From: an uncultured Spirochaetales bacterium
GTDB lineage: Bacteria > Spirochaetota > Spirochaetia > DSM-27196 > DATKUC01
Length of the DNA stretch: 64,000 nucleotides
Assembly: GCA_964553615.1 (NCBI GenBank)
Contig: CAZKMA010000021.1
Span: 4,402 to 68,401 of the forward strand
Reading direction: 5' to 3'
Shown here in pieces: positions 34,385 to 42,706 of this stretch (its first letter is position 1; every line of letters starts with the position of its first letter). The position numbers and the translations under genes were made by a program. Under the pieces are notes generated by a model, which ran no database searches, had not been told where the DNA came from, and saw nothing but the letters and a program-made list of their open reading frames with translations.

Positions 34385-35512
34385 ATGACGCACTTCTGGG
34401 ATGACTTCCCGGCTATTCAACATGATCTGGAACGTGTCCATGATGTCATTCTGGACAATGTTCGCAGCCGGAACGTGACTATCACCCGCGCATTGACAAA
34501 TCTTGCGAATCGGAACGGAAAGTTGCTCCGGCCCGGGTTCGTGCTGTTGAGCGCTCGCCTGAAGGGCGACCTCATGAACGGAAATGACGGCAACGGGACG
34601 ATGGGCAATTTCGTGGAAAATGGCGATTTCGTCGGAAACGGCGGTTTCGTTGGAAACGGTCATGGATTTTCGGCCGAAGCAGCGGAATCCGGTCGTGGTG
34701 CCCGCACAGTTGCCGAAATACGGCCACTTCCGGAGAAGATCTACAAAATTGCCGCGTCCGTCGAGATGCTGCACATGGCGACCCTCATTCACGACGACGT
34801 GATAGACGAGGCCAACAACCGCCGCGGTCAACCGACGGTTCACGTCGAATACGGCAAGAAAGAGGCCATTCTGATGGGTGACTACCTCTTCAGCCGGACC
34901 TATCGGCTTCTTGCCGACAATACCAGCATCGAGAACGCAAAACGGCTTGCTCTGGTCGTGAGCCAGATTGTAGCCGGCGAAATCGATCAGTCTATTCCCG
35001 GCGAGCAGATCAGCTACGGACCGCGAACCTATATTCGCCGAGTCGTCGGAAAGACTGCCACCCTCATAGCCGATAGCTTCTATCTCGGAGCTTCGGAAGC
35101 CGATATGGGCCTTGCCCGGAGTACCTATCTCAGGCGGATTGGATACAGCATCGGGATGGCGTTCCAGATAATCGACGATATTCTCGATTTCACCGGTTCG
35201 GCCGATGTGCTCGGGAAGGCGCCGGGTTCCGACCTCCGTCAGGGAGTTGTGACGCTGCCACTCATCTACGCAATGCGCGCAAACGGCAAGGACGTTATCT
35301 GGAAAAGACTCTACACCCCGGAGAGGCTTACGAGTTCCGACTTGACCGCAATTATCGAGGCAATAGACCGGGAGGGCGGGTTCGCCATGGCCCGGGACAA
35401 AGCGGAGCAGTATACCCGCCGTGCTCTACGCCAGATCGCGTTTCTCCCACGCGGCGAGAACAAAGACGTACTGGCAGCGGTGGCCAGAAAGCTTCTCGAT
35501 CGTACCTACTGA
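34385..35512 (+). CDS. long-chain polyprenyl diphosphate synthase (hepta/octaprenyl type) with Gly/Asn/Phe repeat insertion
   Basis: FARM LIHDDVIDEANNRRG and SARM FQIIDDILDF are both present, as is KLLRPGFVLLSARL. A ~50-aa insertion precedes the FARM helix. Confidence 0.9.
   Translation: MTHFWDDFPAIQHDLERVHDVILDNVRSRNVTITRALTNLANRNGKLLRPGFVLLSARLKGDLMNGNDGNGTMGNFVENGDFVGNGGFVGNGHGFSAEAAESGRGARTVAEIRPLPEKIYKIAASVEMLHMATLIHDDVIDEANNRRGQPTVHVEYGKKEAILMGDYLFSRTYRLLADNTSIENAKRLALVVSQIVAGEIDQSIPGEQISYGPRTYIRRVVGKTATLIADSFYLGASEADMGLARSTYLRRIGYSIGMAFQIIDDILDFTGSADVLGKAPGSDLRQGVVTLPLIYAMRANGKDVIWKRLYTPERLTSSDLTAIIEAIDREGGFAMARDKAEQYTRRALRQIAFLPRGENKDVLAAVARKLLDRTY
34604..34675 (+). repeat. in-frame 18-nt tandem repeat (3 good copies + 1 degenerate) inside the polyprenyl synthase gene
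   Basis: ggcaatttcgtggaaaat / ggcgatttcgtcggaaac / ggcggtttcgttggaaac / ggtcatggattttcggcc encode GNFVEN GDFVGN GGFVGN GHGFSA. Confidence 0.85.
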
Positions 35513-35535
35513 CAATTCCACCGGGAGTCCGCTGT

Positions 35536-37089
35536 CTACTCCGGGTATTTTCGCCGTATTTCCCTGAAGGTGTCCTGGACTCCAACGAGCAGGTCCACCA
35601 GAACGGGGTCGAAATGCTTCTCGCGATCACCGACAATGTCTGCCATCGCCTGTTCGTGACTCCAGGGTTCCTTGTAGGGCCGTTTTGATGTCAGAGCATC
35701 GTACACGTCGGCCAGTGCCGTTATCCGGGCGGAGAGCGGGATCTCTGAACCAGCAATTCCGTGCGGGTATCCTGTGCCGTCCCACCGCTCGTGGTGATGC
35801 AGGGCGATTCGTGAGGAGAGAGTCAGGAACGATTGCTTACCGAGCTCCTGGTCCGCCTCGTTCAGGATGTTCCAGCCCCAGATTGTGTGTTTCTTCATGA
35901 TTGTCCACTCCTGCGGCGTCAGGGTCGCCTCTTTCAGGAGGATGCTGTCCGGAACTCCAACCTTTCCTATGTCGTGCAGCATGGACGAGAGAAAGATGTC
36001 ATCGATGTACTCGTCGGAGATGTTGAATTTGTATGGCTGGTGCCGGTAGACCTCGGCCGCAAGCGCGCCATTGTATTCGGATATCCTGTACAGATGTTTC
36101 CCGGTTTCCAGGTCACGGTACTCGGCAAGCGCGGCGAGGGATTTCATGGCGGTGGACTGGGTTTTTTGCAGCACCGAGGTCGTTGCCTGGAGTTTTTCGT
36201 TCACGACCCGATGTCGTTCCAGTGTTTCCTGAAGGTCTTCATTCAATCTGAGATAGTTGCTTACATCGAACAGGACTCCCAGCGTGTTCCTCCCTACGAG
36301 CGTTGCCGCATTCTGGACAATGCGGGTCTCTCCTTCCCCGGTGCGGATATGGGCGTTGATTGATCCGGGTTGATCCTGCAGAATTCGAAGCATTCCCTCC
36401 TGCCACAGATCATCTCCGACGAAGAACGGTCCGTGCTCGTTCACCTCGTCGATGTTGCCGTACTTGAACGTCCGCAGAAAGACCTGATTTGCCGTAACAA
36501 AGCGACCGGCCGGGTCGGTGACGTACATCGGAACGTTCAGCATGTTCATGAGGCGGCCAAGAACGCCGGGCGTCAGTGAATCCGGTTCGTCACTCTTGCG
36601 GCGGAGCATTCGGGTTTCCTTGCGGAGCATTCCGACGGTTGTCAGATCCTGAGCCTTGGATGCGAGGAATCCGAGCATGAGCGCATTCTGCTTGAGAAAT
36701 CGGCGCGGGGATTCGCACTTCACGAGAATGGCGCCGTTCGCATCGCCCACCGGGTTTTTCAGCGGATAGTAAAGGGTAACATCCTTCTGGAATTTCTGCG
36801 GGAATATGCTCTGCGGAACAGGCGATTTCCCGTTCAGAACCGCGGGTCCGCGCGGGAAGAGCGCCGCCTGCCGTGAAGGGAGCAGAAAACTGAAGTCTAC
36901 CGGTTTTTCCCCGTCAGGGCTGTCGAAGTACACAATTCTCGTCGAGTGAACGTCAGGGAATCGTTCAATCCAATCGAGAAGCCTTTTCATCTTCTGCGAA
37001 TGGGACAATTCGCAATCGAGTTCTTCGAACAGGTCCAGCAGCTGTTCCAGCACGCGTGTCATCCGATTCCACTCCCCTCTCATTACCAC
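35536..37089 (-). CDS. HD-GYP domain cyclic-di-GMP phosphodiesterase with N-terminal sensory (GAF/PAS-like) regions
   Basis: The C-terminus has HDIGKVGVPDSILLK...HHERWDGTGYPHG...ALADVYDALTSKRPYK, a canonical HD-GYP. The start is uncertain (GTG 37089, ATG 37083 or ATG 37062). Confidence 0.85.
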   Translation of the reverse strand: MVMRGEWNRMTRVLEQLLDLFEELDCELSHSQKMKRLLDWIERFPDVHSTRIVYFDSPDGEKPVDFSFLLPSRQAALFPRGPAVLNGKSPVPQSIFPQKFQKDVTLYYPLKNPVGDANGAILVKCESPRRFLKQNALMLGFLASKAQDLTTVGMLRKETRMLRRKSDEPDSLTPGVLGRLMNMLNVPMYVTDPAGRFVTANQVFLRTFKYGNIDEVNEHGPFFVGDDLWQEGMLRILQDQPGSINAHIRTGEGETRIVQNAATLVGRNTLGVLFDVSNYLRLNEDLQETLERHRVVNEKLQATTSVLQKTQSTAMKSLAALAEYRDLETGKHLYRISEYNGALAAEVYRHQPYKFNISDEYIDDIFLSSMLHDIGKVGVPDSILLKEATLTPQEWTIMKKHTIWGWNILNEADQELGKQSFLTLSSRIALHHHERWDGTGYPHGIAGSEIPLSARITALADVYDALTSKRPYKEPWSHEQAMADIVGDREKHFDPVLVDLLVGVQDTFREIRRKYPE

Positions 37090-37149
37090 TATCGGGTTAG
37101 GAGCGATCTCGATTGACAGGAAATTATTGTGTTTTGGTCATGATTCGGT

Positions 37150-37959
37150 TTATGGAAGGCGGTACAGTGCTCCGAAGTCTCTATACAGCTGCCCGGCAAG
37201 GAATACATGGGGATTCATGTACACCTGTGACCTCATTCTCATGGGGGAATTGACTATCTCGGTCCGCCCGTTCTCCACCCGGGTATACATGGCCGGGTGG
37301 ATCAGGTTCATGTGCTCCACCACAATGCCTCGTGCATAATTCTGATGAACATAGTCTATTGTGCCGTCGGAATGCACTCCGAGCACAATGCCGGCATGGG
37401 TCAGCGGATCGTCCCACTTCCCGTCTTCGTTGCTGTCGTACGTGTTGTCCCAGAAAATGATGTCTCCGGTCTGCGGGTACCGGGTCGTATAGAGCAGCCC
37501 CCGAGCTTTTGCTATCCGATAGAGGCGGGTTACGCCATTGCCTGTGACATTGTTGAAGTAGGGCATGAGATCGATGCCGGCCTTAAAGTAGATGGCAAGG
37601 ATAGTTCCGGTGCAATCGTAATTGAAGCGGTGGCCGTCAATGAGCAGGTTCGTCCGGCCGAGCATCCACTTCGCCGCCGCCAGGATGCGTCTCTGCCTTT
37701 CCGAGAGGGATTTGGTGCCGGCGGTGGTGTACGCCGCGGGGACCGTTGCGCTGCCGGCGGATTGCGCCCCGGCGTACTGTCCGAACAAACCCGTATCGGA
37801 GGGCATAATCATCACGCAGGATCCGAGGAGCGCTGCACCAGCTGCGACTGACACCGCGGTAAACGCGGATCTGAAGAAGCGCTGCAGCTTCAAAAGCGCA
37901 GTCCTGTGGCGCGGATTCTTGTGCCCATCGTCTGTACTTCCCACGCAATCTGCAGACAT
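37150..37959 (-). CDS. NlpC/P60 (C40) family cell-wall peptidase lipoprotein
   Basis: Lipobox ALLGSC. The catalytic Cys context is FNYDCTGTILAIY and the His context is THAGIVLG..DGTIDYVH. Confidence 0.7.
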   Translation of the reverse strand: MSADCVGSTDDGHKNPRHRTALLKLQRFFRSAFTAVSVAAGAALLGSCVMIMPSDTGLFGQYAGAQSAGSATVPAAYTTAGTKSLSERQRRILAAAKWMLGRTNLLIDGHRFNYDCTGTILAIYFKAGIDLMPYFNNVTGNGVTRLYRIAKARGLLYTTRYPQTGDIIFWDNTYDSNEDGKWDDPLTHAGIVLGVHSDGTIDYVHQNYARGIVVEHMNLIHPAMYTRVENGRTEIVNSPMRMRSQVYMNPHVFLAGQLYRDFGALYRLP

Positions 37960-38003
37960 TTCTGATCCTCCGACTACAGTATCGTCTGTCGGGCCGTTTC
38001 CCG

Positions 38004-38603
38004 TTAACCCGGGTCGCTCCGGTATCCAATGCCTATCAGAAACGATTCGAAGGACTCCTTTCGGCTGGACTTCGGTTTGAAGGGTTTTGCACTGTTGAAC
38101 CGTTCGCGAAAGAGTTTCAGAAAGGTCTGTTCATCCCCCCCCTGGAAGATCTTCACCATAAGGTTCCCGCCCCGTGTCAGATGACCGACCGCAATCTCCA
38201 GTACCATGTCGACCAGGGCGCTTGATCGAGCGGTGTCTACGGTTCGGTTTCCCGTGGTCGACGGGGCCGCATCGCTCAGGATTACGTCGAAGGGTCCTTG
38301 CCTGGACAACCATCCCTGCGCTTCCGGACTGAAAACATCTCCCTGCAGGAACTCCAGATTGTCGGGTATTCCGGGGAGGTTGAGAGGATTAAGGTCTATC
38401 GCAAAGACTGGTCCAGGTGACACTATGCCTGCGCTGTATGCGCTCCAGCTTCCGGGTGCGGCTCCCACGTCGAGCACCCTGTCTCCGCGCTTCAGAATCC
38501 GGTATCGTTCCTGAGCTTCCTGCAGCTTGTAGACGGATCGGGCCGGATAGCCTTCCCGGTGAGCCCTGCGGGTGTAGTGATCCGGTTCGTCACGTCCTGC
38601 CAT
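38004..38603 (-). CDS. rlmE: 23S rRNA (uridine2552-2'-O)-methyltransferase RlmE/FtsJ
   Basis: YPARSVYKLQEAQERYRILKRGDRVLDVGAAPGSWS...DVILSDAAPSTTGN...MVKIFQG is full-length FtsJ. It contains an internal G8 (C8 on +) tract at 38135-38142. Confidence 0.9.
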   Translation of the reverse strand: MAGRDEPDHYTRRAHREGYPARSVYKLQEAQERYRILKRGDRVLDVGAAPGSWSAYSAGIVSPGPVFAIDLNPLNLPGIPDNLEFLQGDVFSPEAQGWLSRQGPFDVILSDAAPSTTGNRTVDTARSSALVDMVLEIAVGHLTRGGNLMVKIFQGGDEQTFLKLFRERFNSAKPFKPKSSRKESFESFLIGIGYRSDPG

Positions 38604-39590
38604 TCAATCTGCCTGTGCAAGTGCGGAAAGGAAGGTAAATGCCCGGTCGGAGAATCCCGGTAGATTCTCATGGCCAAAGTCCGGGTAGATCTCGATCTGT
38701 TTGGCAGACATGATGCGGTTGTATACCGCGAAATGCGTGGACGGCGGGCACACATCGTCCTGGAGGCCGGACGCAAGCAGTACATCAGCGCGGATGCGGT
38801 GAGCGAGGTGCTGAATATCGATGTAGCCGAGCCGAGCAAATATCTCCTTCTCCCGACTATGGGTCGGGTCAAAGCGGCGGAAATACTCCTTGAGCTCGAC
38901 ATACGCATGGTCGACGAGGTCCATCTCCCAGACTCTCTGGTAGTCGCACAGGAATGGAAAGCGTGCGACTGTCTTTCGTATCCGGGGTTCGAGAGCCGCA
39001 CAGACCAGGGCCAGTGCCCCGCCCTGGGACCCTCCGGAGGTCCCGACGCGCGTCTCATCGATCTCCTCCATAGCCATGACAATGCGGGCAAGCTGGGCTG
39101 TGTCAAGGAAGATCTGCCGGAACAGCATCTTTTCGGGAGCGTCGTCCAGACCGCGAATGATGTGTCCCCGCAACGTATTACCACGGATCCCACCACGATC
39201 CTCCGAGAGCCCTCCCTGACCTCGCGCGTCCAATGCCGCGACCGTAAATCCTGCAGCGACGTAGCCGAGTTTTTCCGACCAGTCCCCGGCGTCTCCGCTG
39301 TAGCCGTGGAAAAGCAGCAGTGCCGGACCGGAGCCGCGCGATGAAGCTGGGGCGGAAGCTTTTGGCCGAAGGAGTTGCGAGTGAACCCGCGCGCCGCCAA
39401 CTCCAGTGAAGTACATGTCGAAACACTCAACATTCGGCGCCTGAAAAGCCGCCGGTATCAGTTCGAGCTCATCGGGCTGAACCTTCAGTTCTTCCAGCGC
39501 GCGGTCCCAGTACTGGTCCGCATCCGCAGGTTTGGGGTTACGACCACGGTAGGTCCTCAGCTCGGGAAGCGGCAGATCAAGCATCGGCAT
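38604..39590 (-). CDS. acetyl xylan esterase / cephalosporin-C deacetylase (CE7, AXE1 family)
   Basis: LPELRTYRG...DFDQYW-like N-terminus. It also has FHGYSG, the nucleophile elbow GGSQGG, and C-terminal ...IYPDFGHE. Confidence 0.85.
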   Translation of the reverse strand: MPMLDLPLPELRTYRGRNPKPADADQYWDRALEELKVQPDELELIPAAFQAPNVECFDMYFTGVGGARVHSQLLRPKASAPASSRGSGPALLLFHGYSGDAGDWSEKLGYVAAGFTVAALDARGQGGLSEDRGGIRGNTLRGHIIRGLDDAPEKMLFRQIFLDTAQLARIVMAMEEIDETRVGTSGGSQGGALALVCAALEPRIRKTVARFPFLCDYQRVWEMDLVDHAYVELKEYFRRFDPTHSREKEIFARLGYIDIQHLAHRIRADVLLASGLQDDVCPPSTHFAVYNRIMSAKQIEIYPDFGHENLPGFSDRAFTFLSALAQAD

Positions 39591-39592
39591 GA

Positions 39593-40780
39593 CTATTCTC
39601 CTATGGGTAGAACATAACTCTTCAAGGGAGGAATTCCGTTGAAATAGACCGAGCTGTAACTCTGAGTATACGCCCCGGCGGTGAAGATGTAGACCTTGTC
39701 TCCCGCACTGGTCGAACTCGGCATCTTGTACTTGAAATCCTGGTACATGACATCCATGGAGTCGCAGGTCGGTCCAGCAAGAATGATTTCCTCAGCCTCT
39801 CCCTGGCCTTCAAAGTAGATCGGGTATTTTATCGCCTCTCCAATCGACTCGATAAGACCGCCGAAGAGGCCGACATCGAGGAAGGTCCACCGGTAGAGAT
39901 TGTTTTTAGACTTCTTGGATATTCTGATAATTTCTGATACAATCACGCCGGCGTCCGCCGTCATTGCCCGGCCGGGTTCCATGTAGATTTCCGGGAAGTT
40001 GTCTCCGAAATCCTCGATAAGGAAGCGCTTGATTTCGCTCGCGTACACATCCAGAGGCAGGGTCGGAGATAGGTAGCTCGCAGGGAATCCGCCGCCGAGG
40101 TTGATCATCTTGAGGGAAATCCCTTCGTCCGCCTCGAGTGCGTCAAACAGGTACTTACAGCGGGCAATGGCGTCATCCCACTGACCGATATCCCGCTGCT
40201 GAGATCCGACGTGAAACGAAAAGCCGTACGGCTCGAGTCCCGCGTTGCGCGCTTCAATGATAAGGTAGTATATCATGTCCGAGTGGGCACCGAACTTTCT
40301 GGACAGCGGCCAGTCAGAGCCGGTACCCTCGGTCAACAGTCGAAAGAAAACCTTCGAACCGGGGGCGTGCTCTACGATATTCGCCAGATCTTCCTGGGAA
40401 TCCGTCACAAAGAGGCGAATACCCCGATCGTAGAAATACCTGATATCGCTGCTCTTCTTGATAGTATTTCCGGAGCTCATCCTCTCGGGCTCCACACCGA
40501 GTCGAAGCAGTTGGTCAAGCTCGAAGCGGGTTGCGACGTCGAAGCATGACCCGAGCTCGTTGAGCAGCTGAATAACTTCGTCCTGCGGATTCGCCTTTAC
40601 CGCGTAGTAGATCTGAGCAAACGGAAGCGCGTTCTTCATCTCGCCATACTTCCGGCGAATTGCTTCCAGGTCGATTATGAGGCAGGGAGTTTCCTTGTCC
40701 TTGGCGAACTCCTTGATCCTGTTGAAGCGTTCGCGCGTCATGTAGCGATCCAGAGGAAAGTAGTAATTTTCCTTGATCAT
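39593..40780 (-). CDS. ornithine (Orn/Lys) decarboxylase, alanine-racemase-fold PLP enzyme
   Basis: IYYAVKANP (PLP-Lys), HVGSQ, GGGFP and the C-terminal CDSMD active-site Cys block. The ATG at 40780 is preceded by AGGAGG. The upstream extension in the track ORF is rejected. Confidence 0.85.
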   Translation of the reverse strand: MIKENYYFPLDRYMTRERFNRIKEFAKDKETPCLIIDLEAIRRKYGEMKNALPFAQIYYAVKANPQDEVIQLLNELGSCFDVATRFELDQLLRLGVEPERMSSGNTIKKSSDIRYFYDRGIRLFVTDSQEDLANIVEHAPGSKVFFRLLTEGTGSDWPLSRKFGAHSDMIYYLIIEARNAGLEPYGFSFHVGSQQRDIGQWDDAIARCKYLFDALEADEGISLKMINLGGGFPASYLSPTLPLDVYASEIKRFLIEDFGDNFPEIYMEPGRAMTADAGVIVSEIIRISKKSKNNLYRWTFLDVGLFGGLIESIGEAIKYPIYFEGQGEAEEIILAGPTCDSMDVMYQDFKYKMPSSTSAGDKVYIFTAGAYTQSYSSVYFNGIPPLKSYVLPIGE

Positions 40781-40874
40781 GATGCCTCCTGTCCACGGGT
40801 GTAACCAGCATACAATAGAGAAAAACTCTACGCATGTCACTCCGTCCAAAACTGAATTACCACCCGCGTCAGTC

Positions 40875-40903
40875 TTGACTGCCTGACGGTCAATCCTTAC
40901 ATT
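40875..40903 (+). promoter_or_regulatory. sigma70-like promoter (TTGACT-17 nt-TACATT) placing the TSS at or next to the rhomboid ATG (possible leaderless mRNA)
   Basis: -35 at 40875-40880 and -10 at 40898-40903. The ATG at 40910 is 6 nt after the -10, with no Shine-Dalgarno in between. Confidence 0.35.
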
Positions 40904-40909
40904 CTGAGC

Positions 40910-41557
40910 ATGAGCAAAAGCTCCGGATTGCAGCGGCCGTTCGAGTACCGCGAGTACAACGTAACCATAATTCTCATTGCAGCAAATGCATTGGTCTTTC
41001 TGCTGAACAATGTTGCTCCTCAGACACGCCTCGAAATGTCTCTGGTGTCGCCGGCGGTGCTGGGCTACAACGTTCATACGCAGTTCTGGCAGCTTCTGAC
41101 CTACATGTTCGTACATGCAAACTTCTCACACATTTTTTTCAATATGCTGGGACTTTTCTTCTTCGGTCTTCAGCTGGAGCGGAGAATCGGCAGCACCGAG
41201 TTTCTGATCTTCTACCTTGTGTCCGGTATCGGCGCGGGTCTTATCTCACTGCTCATCTTCTGGCTGACCGGAGCGCCGACTGTATTGCTTGGCGCGTCGG
41301 GCGCGGTGTTTGCGGTGCTCCTTGGATTTGCCACCTACTTTCCAACCGCCATGATCTACGTGTTCGGCATTATTCCTATTCGTGCACCCATTCTGGTCCT
41401 CATCTATACCGCAATAGAGCTCTTTTCACAGTTCTTCGGCGCACGTTCCGGCGTTGCGCATCTGACTCATCTTGCGGGTTTTGCCGTTGCCTATCTCTAT
41501 CTTGTTGCGCGTCTTGGGATCAATCCAGTTCGAGAGTTCATGAATTCGCGCCGATAA
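40910..41557 (+). CDS. rhomboid family intramembrane serine protease
   Basis: HANFSHIFFNM, the catalytic GASGAVFAVLG (GxSG) and the downstream AHLTHLAGF histidine, across six TM segments. Confidence 0.9.
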   Translation: MSKSSGLQRPFEYREYNVTIILIAANALVFLLNNVAPQTRLEMSLVSPAVLGYNVHTQFWQLLTYMFVHANFSHIFFNMLGLFFFGLQLERRIGSTEFLIFYLVSGIGAGLISLLIFWLTGAPTVLLGASGAVFAVLLGFATYFPTAMIYVFGIIPIRAPILVLIYTAIELFSQFFGARSGVAHLTHLAGFAVAYLYLVARLGINPVREFMNSRR

Positions 41558-41563
41558 TAAGGC

Positions 41564-42265
41564 GTGAGTTATTTCCGCATCCATCATCGGCTGATACCTG
41601 CCATAGCGCGGGTACTGTGTATTTGTCTCTTTCTTGCATATTCCCCCGCATTACTCTCTGCGTCCGGGGACACGCTGCTTATTGCTGAGTTCTCGGCGGA
41701 GACTCACCCCCTTATCCGGGATACAGCCGCGCCCCCGACCCGGGATGAAATAATCCGGTCCCTGCTGCATGAGGCGCAGTACGTCTTTTCGGGAATGGTG
41801 TACGGTTTCAACTTTGTGTATACTCCGGCCGACCCGGCCAGGAAAGTCTCCGACGCATTTGATCTCAAACTGATTGCCGAGATCCCGTGGGGCGATCCAC
41901 GGATGTCCGTTCTCGATACCCGGACCGCAAACGGTCTGTTCTTCGCCCGAATCACCTACCGTCCGGCGGACTTCCAGGTGGCACGGTGGGAGGCATGGCA
42001 GAGCAACTCCAATGCGCATGCCTCCGGGGAAGGGAAGGCTTCCTATCTCAAGGGATCGCCTGCACGCAGGACTGCGGTGGAAGAGGCGGTGAAAAACGCA
42101 ATCAGGCGGTACGTGAGCGGGAGAATTTACAGCAGACCCCGCGAGATTTCCGGCAGTCTGGCCCTTCTCGACGCACCGCGCATCATAGTGCAGACCGGCA
42201 ATTACGTGGCAACGGTACGGATTGCCCTCGACGTTCGATCGGTCAAACCGTATACGGTCTTCTGA
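41564..42265 (+). CDS. hypothetical secreted protein (233 aa)
   Basis: GTG start 6 nt after the rhomboid stop. An N-terminal hydrophobic signal-like segment is present (VLCICLFLAYSPALLSASG). No family recognised. Confidence 0.55.
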   Translation: MSYFRIHHRLIPAIARVLCICLFLAYSPALLSASGDTLLIAEFSAETHPLIRDTAAPPTRDEIIRSLLHEAQYVFSGMVYGFNFVYTPADPARKVSDAFDLKLIAEIPWGDPRMSVLDTRTANGLFFARITYRPADFQVARWEAWQSNSNAHASGEGKASYLKGSPARRTAVEEAVKNAIRRYVSGRIYSRPREISGSLALLDAPRIIVQTGNYVATVRIALDVRSVKPYTVF

Positions 42266-42697
42266 TTACAGGACAAGGGCAGAGGCAACAAATGCAAGGC
42301 CCCCGCCGACCAGCATTCCGACAGCAATCTCGAGTACTGAGTGCCCAATCATCTCGGAGATTTTTGTCTCTTCGTGCGCACCGAGTCTGTCAAGCACACG
42401 GTTGAAGCGAATGGACAGGCTCTGGACGTGTCCTCGCAATCGGTATGCGTCGAATATTACAATCACCGCGAAGGCCGCGGTGACTGCAAAGATATCAGAA
42501 CCGATGCCGTTCTTCATTCCGATGAGTACCGTCAGAGCCGTTACGAACGCGGAGTGCGCACTCGGGATTCCTCCGGCTGTGGCCAGATATTTCCACTCTA
42601 GCTTCCCGTCCTTGATTGAGTAATACACGAGCTTGAACACCTGGCATGCCACCTGGACTACACCAGCGGTAATGAGCACGGCGGGGAAACTGTTCAC
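42266..42697 (-). CDS. divergent PAP2 family membrane protein (DUF212)
   Basis: ...ATAGGIPSAHSAFVTALTV...FDAYRLRGH...GHSVLEIAVG matches the acid phosphatase/vanadium-haloperoxidase-related DUF212 pattern. Confidence 0.8.
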   Translation of the reverse strand: MNSFPAVLITAGVVQVACQVFKLVYYSIKDGKLEWKYLATAGGIPSAHSAFVTALTVLIGMKNGIGSDIFAVTAAFAVIVIFDAYRLRGHVQSLSIRFNRVLDRLGAHEETKISEMIGHSVLEIAVGMLVGGGLAFVASALVL

Positions 42698-42706
42698 CCG
42701 ATCCTC

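Noticed and set aside
38492-39433. 313-aa minus-strand ORF in an alternative frame of the acetyl-xylan-esterase gene
   Set aside because: It is on the same strand but out of frame with a gene that has a clear CE7 signature (GGSQGG). The translation is Ser/Arg/Thr-rich low complexity.
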